DNA of 50,662 nucleotides from Oscillospiraceae bacterium (GTDB lineage Bacteria > Bacillota > Clostridia > Oscillospirales > CAG-272): the NCBI GenBank assembly GCA_009779295.1, contig WREN01000001.1, positions 1 through 50,662 of the forward strand. The letters run 5' to 3'. Below, in pieces: positions 9,438 through 18,428 of this stretch (position 1 is its first letter; each line of letters begins with the position of its first letter). Below the pieces are notes generated by a model. That model did not search any database. It was not told the DNA's origin and was given only the letters and a program-made list of their open reading frames with translations. The translations under genes were made by a program, and so were the position numbers.

Positions 9438-10388
9438 ATGAAAATAAATACGGCAAAGACTATTTTCGGCGACGTACAACCTGGCGATTGGGTCATAGCC
9501 GCCGGTAATAACGATTACCGTTACCTAATCGGCATGGTGACGGAGATAGACAAGCCCGGAACGCCGGATCACGATACTGAAAACGAAACCGACGATATTC
9601 ACGTTGATTTTACGGTTTTTGATTATCCGCAGGAACGCATTTCGGAAATAGAAAATCATTTCACCGGCTTGTATGGCGAACCAAAAATATTTGATGAATT
9701 GGCGATAGACAACGTTATTATGGCTCCCGATATGCTGATTCGGATAACGCATTTGGGTCAGGACGAAATTTCATTTATTGGTAACCTCCGTAAAAACTGC
9801 GAATCTTTCTGCAACTGCTTTCCAGGAGGCGTCAATTCACAGAGCGAAAAACACGCGGAACTCATAGAGCGCGTGAACAAAAACCTCGCGGACTACCATG
9901 ATTTTTTGGAGAGTTTCGGTACAAGGGAACTTATCGGCATGGCGGGGAAAATCAACGCCATGTCCGACGCTCATTTATACATAACATCGTGGCATAGATT
10001 TGACGATGGCGAACTGGATGTTCTGTTACAATTTCAAAATCCGTTAGAAATTGTCGCGGACGAGTGGTGTGACCGCTGTTCCGATTTGAGCGATATGAGT
10101 TTTACAGTAGCACTCATCGAACGGCAGAAAGACGATTTTTTCGCGACATACTCTTTAATGAAAGATTTGAAAGCGCCGCAGGACGCAAGCTCAGATATTT
10201 TAGCGCGAAAAATACCGGATAAACCCGCCGAAGTTCGCACCCCCATTGAAAAAGCGGAACAAACCGCCGTGAAGCCAAAACAAAGCCTTGCGGATAAACT
10301 GCAAGCGGCGAACAAAAAAGTAAAAGCGCAGGACACACAAAACAATAATAAACAATTACAATCCCGTAAACGGGAAGAAAGAGGCTAA
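9438..10388 (+). CDS. conserved ICE protein of unknown function
   Basis: AAAGGA lies 6 nt upstream of ATG 9438. The C-terminus carries the KPKQSLADKL tail motif. Confidence 0.6.
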   Translation: MKINTAKTIFGDVQPGDWVIAAGNNDYRYLIGMVTEIDKPGTPDHDTENETDDIHVDFTVFDYPQERISEIENHFTGLYGEPKIFDELAIDNVIMAPDMLIRITHLGQDEISFIGNLRKNCESFCNCFPGGVNSQSEKHAELIERVNKNLADYHDFLESFGTRELIGMAGKINAMSDAHLYITSWHRFDDGELDVLLQFQNPLEIVADEWCDRCSDLSDMSFTVALIERQKDDFFATYSLMKDLKAPQDASSDILARKIPDKPAEVRTPIEKAEQTAVKPKQSLADKLQAANKKVKAQDTQNNNKQLQSRKREERG

Positions 10389-10392
10389 AAAA

Positions 10393-11103
10393 ATGGCAGA
10401 TACAAAATTAGACGTCAGGGTATACCCCATAGACGAACCGAAAGGCAATACAAAAGCGTTCGCCAGCGTAGGAATAGATGATACGATCGCCATACGCGGT
10501 GCCCGCGTCGTGGAGGGTGAAAAGGGTATGTACGTGACTATGCCGCAGTCAAAAGACAAAGAAAATAACTACCACGACATCGCGTACCCACTGAGCGGCG
10601 ACCTGCGTAAGGAAATAAGCGCCGCCGTACTTGCCGAATATGAAAAGATGGCAAACATACCGCCGAATCAACGCGGGTATGAAGCACCGGACATGAGCGC
10701 GGCGAACAACATAAAAGCGCAGGATATACAACTGGACATTCGCGTATACCCGCTCGAAGAACCGAAAGGCAGTACCAAAGCGTTCGCCAGCGTGGGTATA
10801 GATGACATGGCCGCTATACGCGGAATCCGCGTCGTCGAAGGCGAGAAAGGTTTGTTCGTGACCATGCCGCAGTCAAAAGACAGCGAGGGCGAATACCACG
10901 ACATAGCGTTTCCCTTGAACGGCGACCTGCGGAAGGAAATAAGCAAAGCGGTGCTTAAAGAGTACGAAACCGCCGAAAAAACCGTTGACCGCAAGCCTTC
11001 GCTCGCGGAAGGACTGCGCGACGGAGCGGCGAGAGCCGCCGAACAAACCACCGCGCCGAGAGCAGCCGCGGCAAAGTCGCACGGGTCGGGGGTGTTGGAA
11101 TGA
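10393..11103 (+). CDS. tandem-duplicated SpoVG-family nucleic-acid-binding protein
   Basis: Two about 85-aa copies of VRVYP(I/L)(D/E)EPKG(N/S)TKAFASVGIDD..AIRG.RVVEGEKG..VTMPQSKD...YHDIA(Y/F)PL.GDLRKEIS.AVL.EYE. Confidence 0.85.
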   Translation: MADTKLDVRVYPIDEPKGNTKAFASVGIDDTIAIRGARVVEGEKGMYVTMPQSKDKENNYHDIAYPLSGDLRKEISAAVLAEYEKMANIPPNQRGYEAPDMSAANNIKAQDIQLDIRVYPLEEPKGSTKAFASVGIDDMAAIRGIRVVEGEKGLFVTMPQSKDSEGEYHDIAFPLNGDLRKEISKAVLKEYETAEKTVDRKPSLAEGLRDGAARAAEQTTAPRAAAAKSHGSGVLE

Positions 11104-11750
11104 GCGTATCACCGCATAACGAAAGCATAGAGCCGAAAATGAAAGACGTGCGCAGGGACATCATTTTCCGTGATGAGGACTATAAGGAAAAATTCAGGAT
11201 CAAAGACGGCGACAGTATCAAGATCACCGTCGCTTATGACGGCGAGGAACTGATACGCAAATGCCGCTGGCTCGATGAAGCGCACATGAACGTCGGCTCT
11301 ACTTGTTATCATATGGATGAATTCATGGAAAAGCAAATGCGGATCGGTAATAAATATGAATCAATTCCGGATCAGGAACCGAAACTTGACGTTGTAGTCG
11401 CCGAACCGGGTAAACCGCCGCGCGACGCCGTTATACCTATGACATCCGCCGCCCTGCGTGAAATAACCGGAGGCGAGCCGGAAATAATCGGCAAGGATAA
11501 ATATTCGGCTTCTGTTGAAGGAAAAAACGGCAACGGCACGGTTGTTATCTGCGGTATAAGCGAAAACTATCTGACCAGTCTGCATCCTTATGTGGCGCAA
11601 ACTAAAAAACACGAGCTTGCGGCAGCGCAGGAAAATTTCAAACCGACGTTAGCCGACCGGCTTGAATCGGGCAAGGCGAAAGCGGCGGAGCATAATTCGG
11701 CGGCAAATAAACCGCCGCAAAAGCATCGCCATACGGAAGTGGGTGGGTAA
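11100..11750 (+). CDS. conserved ICE protein of unknown function
   Basis: 216-codon ORF that overlaps the upstream stop. The C-terminus carries the KPTLADRL tail motif. Confidence 0.6.
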   Translation: MSVSPHNESIEPKMKDVRRDIIFRDEDYKEKFRIKDGDSIKITVAYDGEELIRKCRWLDEAHMNVGSTCYHMDEFMEKQMRIGNKYESIPDQEPKLDVVVAEPGKPPRDAVIPMTSAALREITGGEPEIIGKDKYSASVEGKNGNGTVVICGISENYLTSLHPYVAQTKKHELAAAQENFKPTLADRLESGKAKAAEHNSAANKPPQKHRHTEVGG

Positions 11751-12158
11751 ATGGCATTCGTAAACGTACCTAAAGACCTCAATAAGATCAAGAACAAGGC
11801 GTTGTTCAACCTAACCGTCAGGCAGCTTGTGTGTTTCGGCGCGGCGGCGGCAATCGGGATACCGGTATATATCCTCACCCGCGTCGCAATCGGCGGCACG
11901 GGCGCTGCTTTATTGATGATCGGGTTGATGCTGCCCTGCTTCTTCTTCGCCATGTTTGAGAAGGACGGCCAACCCGCCGAAAAAGTCCTGCGGAACTATA
12001 TCCGCACCCGTATATACTTTCCGGGCAAGCGCCCGTACAAAACGGAAAACCTATACGAAATACTGGAAAAGGAGGGAAAGAGCCTTGCAGAACAAGAAAC
12101 AGCAGCGACGCCGGACGCCGCAGGCAGTATCGGCAAAAGGAATCAGTCATATAAATAA
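11751..12158 (+). CDS. PrgI-family (VirB3-like) T4SS membrane protein
   Basis: MAFVNVPKDLNKIKNKALFNLTVRQLVCFGAAAAIG plus two TM segments, immediately upstream of VirB4. Confidence 0.8.
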   Translation: MAFVNVPKDLNKIKNKALFNLTVRQLVCFGAAAAIGIPVYILTRVAIGGTGAALLMIGLMLPCFFFAMFEKDGQPAEKVLRNYIRTRIYFPGKRPYKTENLYEILEKEGKSLAEQETAATPDAAGSIGKRNQSYK

Positions 12159-14074
12159 AAAAGTGCAAAATAATAAAGGATATATCAAAACACCGCCCGC
12201 ATCGAAACAGGGCGGTGTTTTTGCGTCATTGGCGGCAAATATATTCGGGTGTACCGGCAAGCCGCAGACGGCGCAGCAGTCCATACCCTACCGTGAAATG
12301 TACAAGGACGGTATCTGCCGCGTCAATCAACGGCTGTACACCAAGACCATAGAGTTCTACGACATCAATTACCACCTCGCGCAGAACGAGGACAAAACGG
12401 CTATCTTTGAGAAATACTGCGACTTCCTCAACTACTTCGATTCGTCCGTAACCGTACAGCTATCGTTTATCAACCAGTACGGCAACCCTGATGAGTTCCA
12501 GAAAGCCATAGACATTCCCTTGCGGGGCGACGGCTACGACGATATACGACGCGAGTACGCGGATATGCTGAAAAACCAAATGGCAAAAGGCAACAACGGG
12601 CTTGTCAGGAAGAAATACATCACTTTCGGCATAGAGGCCGATAACCTCAAGGCAGCGAAATTACGTATAGAACGCGTGGAAACGGACATACTGAACAATT
12701 TCAAAGTGTTGGGCGTGGCGGCGCGCCCTCTGAACGGTGCGGAACGGCTGGAAGTGATGCACGGGCAGTTGCACATCAACGGTTCAGACAAATTCCGGTT
12801 CGATTGGAACGACCTCGTACATTCGGGGCTGTCCACAAAGGATTGTATCGCGTCTACGTCGTTTGACTTCCGGGACGGCAAGACATTCCGTATGGGTACG
12901 CATTACGGCGCGGTAAGCTATTTGCAGATACTTGCGCCGGAACTGACCGACCGTATGCTCGCGGACTTCATAGACCTTGATTCGCCGGTGACGGTGACGC
13001 TACATATACGGTCAATCGACCAATCCGAAGCTATCAAGATGATCAAACGCAAGCTGACGGACCTTGATAAAATGCGTATAGAAGAGCAGAAAAAGGCCGT
13101 GCGGAGCGGATACGATATGGAGGTGCTGCCGCCAGACCTGATAACCTATGGGAGCGAAGCGAAAACGCTGCTTGAGGATTTGCAGTCGCGCAATGAGCGT
13201 ATGTTCCTCGTTACCATGCTGGTGATGAATAAAGCCAACAAGAAACAAAAGCTCGAAAACGACGTATTCGCGGCTTCGGGGGTGGCGCAGAAATACAACT
13301 GCGCGCTGAAACGGCTCGACTGGCAGCAGGAGCAGGGACTGATGAGCAGTCTGCCCATAGGCCTGAACCAGATCGAAATAAAACGCGGGCTAACCACATC
13401 GTCTGTCGCTGTCTTTGTACCGTTCACTACCTGCGAATTGTTCCAGCACAGCGAAGCGATGTATTACGGGTTGAACGCGCTGAGTAACAACCTGATAATG
13501 GCAAGCCGCAAGGAATTAATGAACCCGAACGGCCTGTTCCTCGGAACACCCGGAAGCGGCAAATCATTTTCGGCGAAACGCGAGATCATCAACGTATTCC
13601 TGCTCACCGGCGACGACATCATCATATCAGACCCCGAAGCGGAATATTTCCCGCTTGTAAACCGGCTGGGCGGCCAGGTAGTGAAATTGTCGCCCGTCAG
13701 TACGCAGTACATCAACCCGATGGATATAAACCCCGATTACGCCGACGACGAAGATCCACTCACATTGAAAAGTGATTTCATCCTGTCGCTGTGCGAATTG
13801 ATAATAGGCGGCAAATCAGGTCTTGAACCCGTGGAAAAGACGATCATCGACCGCTGTGTAAGGCTGGTATACCGTGAATACCTCGCCAATCCTGCGCCGG
13901 GATGTATGCCGATACTGGAGGATTTATATAACCTGCTTCGCAAACAGAGTGAACCGGAGGCGCAGCGGATAGCGACTTCGCTCGAAATCTACGTGATTGG
14001 CTCGCTCAACGTGTTCAACCACCGCACAAATGTGGATATTACCAACAGGCTGGTGTGCTATGACATAAAGGAAC
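12085..14074 (+). CDS. VirB4-family T4SS ATPase, exon 1 (contains Walker A)
   Basis: Walker A GTPGSGKSF. GGAGGG lies upstream of the in-frame TTG at 12085; the track start at 11956 would overlap prgI by 200 nt. The ORF leaves VirB4-like sequence after ...VCYDIKE at 14073-14074. Confidence 0.8.
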
Positions 14075-16964
14075 GTGCAGCGACACGTTGTCGCACAAAC
14101 TTCAATCGGGCAAGTGCCTGAAAGGAGGTAAAAACGACGGGGAAAACAGAGTTTTCCCTAACTGATACTTCGAGAGGTGGAATGATGGGGTAACGCCCTG
14201 AAACGCCTCCCCTGAGACTGCGATGGAAGAAACGGATTGCAATATCCGGGACTGACACAGCTCGCCGAAGTCGGCTGAATACACTCGCTATACTTGCCAG
14301 TGGCAACACAGCGGTATGGCAAAAACGAGCCAGAGATGGCCGTGAGTGACAGGCCGGGGGTCTACAAAAATACCTATGGTCAGAATGTCTTAACCGACCG
14401 ACAAAAACCGCGAAAGTACGAGTCTAAATAATGTACGCGTAGAAAATGCGCTTGTCCCGTCAGGGAAGCCGGTGTGGGGGAGTAAAATTGTTCTTTATGA
14501 AACTCCATACAACGTTACAGGCGTTGTCAAGCCGGCAGGCTTAAAGCGGAGGCCTAAGGGTATATATGCACAGATAGAAGTATCGGAACGTGGAAAGTCC
14601 GGGGCGTGGAGCGATTGCACGCTATGAAGCGTTGAGAGGGAAAACCGTGTCGTCGGAAACGAAGGTGCGGTATAACTTCTCTTAATCCCGGAGGAAGGCG
14701 CAGCCGTGGTACCGTTTTCGGTTAGCGATAATCGAAATTAGAAGCCGTGAAAAAAGTAAGCGGTGGAGGGACGGGCTGTAGTCGGTTGCAAGAATACAAA
14801 CAATTACAGTTGCACGTTAGGATTCGAGTACGACCAAAAGGTCAATTTACTCGCGAGAGGAGTTGATGCCTATGGCTATACGGAACCAACGGCAAACAAA
14901 GCAAGAAAAACCCAAAGCTAAAAAAGTGGATGTTCTACGACGCGCAGAATATTATGACATGCAAGAAACTTTTGACAGACTTTATGCGGACAGTATGGAA
15001 GGGAAACCTTTCACACAGTTGATGGATTTGATACTTGACCGGGAAAATATCCTGCTCGCTTACCGTAATATCAAAAGAAACAGCGGAAGCGTCACCCCCG
15101 GCACGGACAACCTGAACATAGAGGACTTGGCAAAAGTTACCTCAGACCACATGGTCGAAAAAGTCAAGAACATCCTACGGAACTATCGACCCCGCCCGGT
15201 TCGGAGAAAAGAAATCCCGAAGGAAGGAAACCCGGAAAAGACCCGACCTTTGGGAATCCCCTGCATGTGGGACAGACTGATACAACAATGCGTCCTGCAA
15301 GTATTAGACCCCATTTGTGAAGCGAAATTCAGTGATAACAGTTATGGCTTCCGCCCTAACCGAAGTTGCGAACACGCAATAGCGCAATCGTACAGGCTCA
15401 TACAGCAATCGGGTTTGCGCTTCGTTGTCGAAGTTGATATACAAGGATTTTTCGACAATGTTAATCACTCAAAACTAATAAAACAGATGTGGGCTATGGG
15501 GATTCAGGATAAAACATTGATATACATTATTCGCCAAATGCTAACGGCTCCTATCTTCATGCCGGATGGAAGCATGGTAACGCCGGACAAAGGAACCCCG
15601 CAAGGTGGTTTATGTTCACCGTTACTTGCGAACATCGTACTGAACGAATTGGACAGATGGGTAGAAAGCCAGTGGCAGGAAAACCCTGTTGTATACAATC
15701 ACTCCACGCATAAAAACGCTAACGGCTCCCTCATCAAAAGTCACGGCTATGCCGCTATGCGAAAAACAGGGCTTAAAGAGATGTATATCGTCAGATACGC
15801 AGATGATTTTCGGATTTTCTGCCGTACCAGAAGCGACGCCGTTAAAACTATGGTCGCCGTAACAAAATGGCAGAAAGAACGGTTAAGGCTTCAGGTATCG
15901 CCGGAGAAAACGAGGGTTGTCAACCTGAAAAGACAATACTCCGAGTTTCTGGGCTTCAAAATCAAGGTGCGAGAAAAAGAACGCAAACAGGTGGTAAAAT
16001 CGCATATTTGTGATAAAGCCGCCAAGAAAATCGCACAAAAATCGGTCGAAGCAATCAAAGAGGTTGTCAGGCCAACGGGCAAGACGACAGAATATGACGC
16101 TATCCGAAAATACAATTCGATGGTCATAGGATGGCACAATTACTATCAGATTGCGACGAACGTAAGCCTTGATTTTGATAAAATCAATTTTCGGATTCAA
16201 AGAGTTTGGAAAAACCGCCTCAAAGAACGGCTGAAAAAGCTGGGCAACAACGTCAATGGAAAAAGCGAAGTGGTTAAGCGATATGGAGAATCGGCGCAGT
16301 TGCGTTTTGTATCGGGACAGCCGGTCGCTCCGCTTGCCTACATCAAGACCAAAACCCCCATACACAAAAAGCGTACAGTAAACAAGTATACCCCAGAGGG
16401 CAGAAACGAAATCCATGACAATCTCGGCATAAATACAGGATTGATGTTGGCGCTAATGCGACAGCAATCATTCGGAAGAAGCGCCGAATACATGGACAAC
16501 CGAATATCCCTCTTTTGCGCTCAGTATGGGAAATGCGCGGTCACAGGAAGCGTACTCAGCAATGTAGACGAGGTTCACTGTCATCATTTGCTACCCCGCG
16601 AAATGGGAGGCAAGGATAATTACAGTAACCTTATGATTGTTCGGGAAGATGTACACATCCTCATCCACGTAAAGAAACAAGAAACCATTGACAAATATCT
16701 CGCATTATTGAGGCTTGACCCCAAGCAACTATCCAAACTGAATAAAATCCGGGAGAAGGCTGGTAAAAATCCCATACCCTAATAATTACCAGTCACAAAG
16801 CTAAGGGTTAATCACGCTTAATAACCATTTAATTCCGAAATAGCAAACTGTAATAATTGAAGTATTCATACAATCGATGGCGGGCCGGATGAGCTGAAAA
16901 GTTCATGTCCGGCCCAGACCGGGGGAAAATCCCGAGATAATATCAGAGGATTACCTATCGGAAC
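14075..16964 (+). mobile_element. group II intron (boundaries +/-4 nt) inserted in virB4
   Basis: The 5' end is GTGCA and the 3' end is AC. A domain V-like 34-nt hairpin GGGCCGGATGAGC-TGAAAA-GTTCATGTCCGGCCC lies at 16882-16915. It contains an internal RT/maturase ORF. Joining 14074 to 16965 restores ...DIKE-L-GKGLKKIAMLVLQDQVW in frame. Confidence 0.8.
14866..16782 (+). CDS. group II intron reverse transcriptase/maturase with C-terminal HNH endonuclease
   Basis: RT motif IVRYADDFRIF, RPLGIP, and a maturase X region. The HNH domain is CHHLLPREMGGKDNYSNLMIVREDVHILIH. Confidence 0.92.
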   Translation: MPMAIRNQRQTKQEKPKAKKVDVLRRAEYYDMQETFDRLYADSMEGKPFTQLMDLILDRENILLAYRNIKRNSGSVTPGTDNLNIEDLAKVTSDHMVEKVKNILRNYRPRPVRRKEIPKEGNPEKTRPLGIPCMWDRLIQQCVLQVLDPICEAKFSDNSYGFRPNRSCEHAIAQSYRLIQQSGLRFVVEVDIQGFFDNVNHSKLIKQMWAMGIQDKTLIYIIRQMLTAPIFMPDGSMVTPDKGTPQGGLCSPLLANIVLNELDRWVESQWQENPVVYNHSTHKNANGSLIKSHGYAAMRKTGLKEMYIVRYADDFRIFCRTRSDAVKTMVAVTKWQKERLRLQVSPEKTRVVNLKRQYSEFLGFKIKVREKERKQVVKSHICDKAAKKIAQKSVEAIKEVVRPTGKTTEYDAIRKYNSMVIGWHNYYQIATNVSLDFDKINFRIQRVWKNRLKERLKKLGNNVNGKSEVVKRYGESAQLRFVSGQPVAPLAYIKTKTPIHKKRTVNKYTPEGRNEIHDNLGINTGLMLALMRQQSFGRSAEYMDNRISLFCAQYGKCAVTGSVLSNVDEVHCHHLLPREMGGKDNYSNLMIVREDVHILIHVKKQETIDKYLALLRLDPKQLSKLNKIREKAGKNPIP

Positions 16965-17458
16965 TTGGCAAAGGGCTGAAAAAGATAGCGATGCTGGTAC
17001 TGCAAGATCAGGTATGGGGACGTGTCACGGCAAACCGCGCGGCGAAACGCACGACATGGTTTTACCAAGATGAATTTCACCTTATGCTGAAAGAGGAACA
17101 GACGGCGGCGTATTCGGTGGAAATCTGGAAGCGTTTCCGCAAATGGGGCGGAATCCCCACAGCTCTTACGCAAAACGTGAAGGACTTGTTGGCGTCAAGG
17201 GAGATCGAAAACATCTTTGAGAACAGCGACTTCATATATATGCTGAACCAAGCGGCGGGCGACCGGCAGATTTTGGCGAAGCAGTTGGGCATTTCCACGC
17301 ACCAGCTATCGTATGTAACGCACAGTAACGCGGGAGAAGGATTGCTTTTCTATGGTAACACGATCATCCCGTTCTCTGATAAATTCCCGAAGGACACAGG
17401 TGAAATCTATGGGCTGCTTACGTCGAAGCCCTCGGAAATGCAGGAGGTGAGCGGTTAG
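16965..17458 (+). CDS. VirB4-family T4SS ATPase, exon 2 (contains Walker B)
   Basis: The in-frame continuation is GKGLKKIAMLVLQDQVWGRVTANRAAKRTTWFYQDEFHLML (Walker B DEFH), ending in TAG at 17456-17458. Confidence 0.8.
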
Positions 17459-17580
17459 TGAGCCTGCATGACAAATTGGAAGCGGCAAAGGAAAAAGCTG
17501 TTTTACGTGATTTTGAAACGAAAAAACCGGAGCGCGGCCAGTCCCGTTCCGGAAAAATAAAGGAGAATATCATATTATGA
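17458..17580 (+). CDS. possible 40-aa micro-ORF, translationally coupled on both sides
   Basis: Its GTG overlaps the virB4 TAG (TAGTG) and its stop overlaps the next ATG (ATGA). AGGAGG lies 10 nt upstream. The product is MSLHDKLEAAKEKAVLRDFETKKPERGQSRSGKIKENIIL. It is below the ORF-track length cut-off. Confidence 0.3.
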   Translation: MSLHDKLEAAKEKAVLRDFETKKPERGQSRSGKIKENIIL

Positions 17581-18428
17581 ATGATAATAATACAAGCGCC
17601 GGCGGAATGGGAGTGGCTTCCGTCCCGCTCGCTGAGAACGCGCACGTCAAAGAACTGCTCGGTATACTCAGCGGCAACGGCAAAGACACCTCCGGGCTTA
17701 ACGCTCTCATAAGCCATGTTAGCGACATGGAAAATTTCGTCAAGATGGCGGAATCCAAAATTTCGGATATGAAATCGCAGCTTGACGCGATGAAGGAAGT
17801 GCAGAACCATCCGATAAAAACGGCGCTTCAAAATACGATAAAAGTTCTTGAAGCGAAAGTCGCGGAAATCAAGATACAGCTTTCGGAATTGAAGCACAAT
17901 ATCGTCGAGGGCTGTAAAAACGCCGTGTTAGCGTTTAAGGAAACAGGCGCGTCTGTACTCGACAAACTGGCGTCGTTTTTTCACATCAAAGATAACTTGC
18001 AGTCAATGAGCAAAGAAATTAACGCGGGCGTCAGGCAGTGCGATAAAGCCGTAGCCAAGATAGAAACCTTCTCAAAAGAATATCATAAAACCGGGCGGAA
18101 TCTCAAAAATATGGGGCGCATATTGATAGGCAAAGAGCCCATAAACGCGGTAAAAGAATTCGGTAAGCTGGCGAAAGTTTTCAGCGCGCCGTATAAGGCG
18201 CATAAAGTAATTCTGGTGAAAATAAAGAAGTCATTGAACAAGATGGCCGCCAAATTGGAAACCTTTGAACAGACAACGGCGGTGAAACGCGAGGAACGGG
18301 CAACGGCGAAAGCGGAAAAAAAACCGTCGCTTGCGGAGAAACTCAAGGCCAATAAGGAGTTGATCAAGCAGAAAGACCTTGAAACGCCGAAGTCGGAACG
18401 TGTTAAAACGCCGGGGATCGAGGTATGA
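17577..18428 (+). CDS. conserved ICE coiled-coil protein of unknown function
   Basis: 283 aa, heptad-rich, with a C-terminal KPSLAEKL tail. Confidence 0.65.
   Translation: MNDNNTSAGGMGVASVPLAENAHVKELLGILSGNGKDTSGLNALISHVSDMENFVKMAESKISDMKSQLDAMKEVQNHPIKTALQNTIKVLEAKVAEIKIQLSELKHNIVEGCKNAVLAFKETGASVLDKLASFFHIKDNLQSMSKEINAGVRQCDKAVAKIETFSKEYHKTGRNLKNMGRILIGKEPINAVKEFGKLAKVFSAPYKAHKVILVKIKKSLNKMAAKLETFEQTTAVKREERATAKAEKKPSLAEKLKANKELIKQKDLETPKSERVKTPGIEV

Noticed and set aside
11956-12084. Upstream extension of the VirB4 ORF as listed in the track
   Set aside because: It would overlap the PrgI-family gene by about 200 nt. The extension is Arg/Lys-rich out-of-frame sequence, and the in-frame TTG at 12085 with GGAGGG upstream is a better start. 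This is not certain.
14075-14121. The C-terminal ...RAATRCRTNFNRASA of the track VirB4 ORF
   Set aside because: This is read-through into the group II intron 5' end and not VirB4 sequence. VirB4 homology resumes at 16965.
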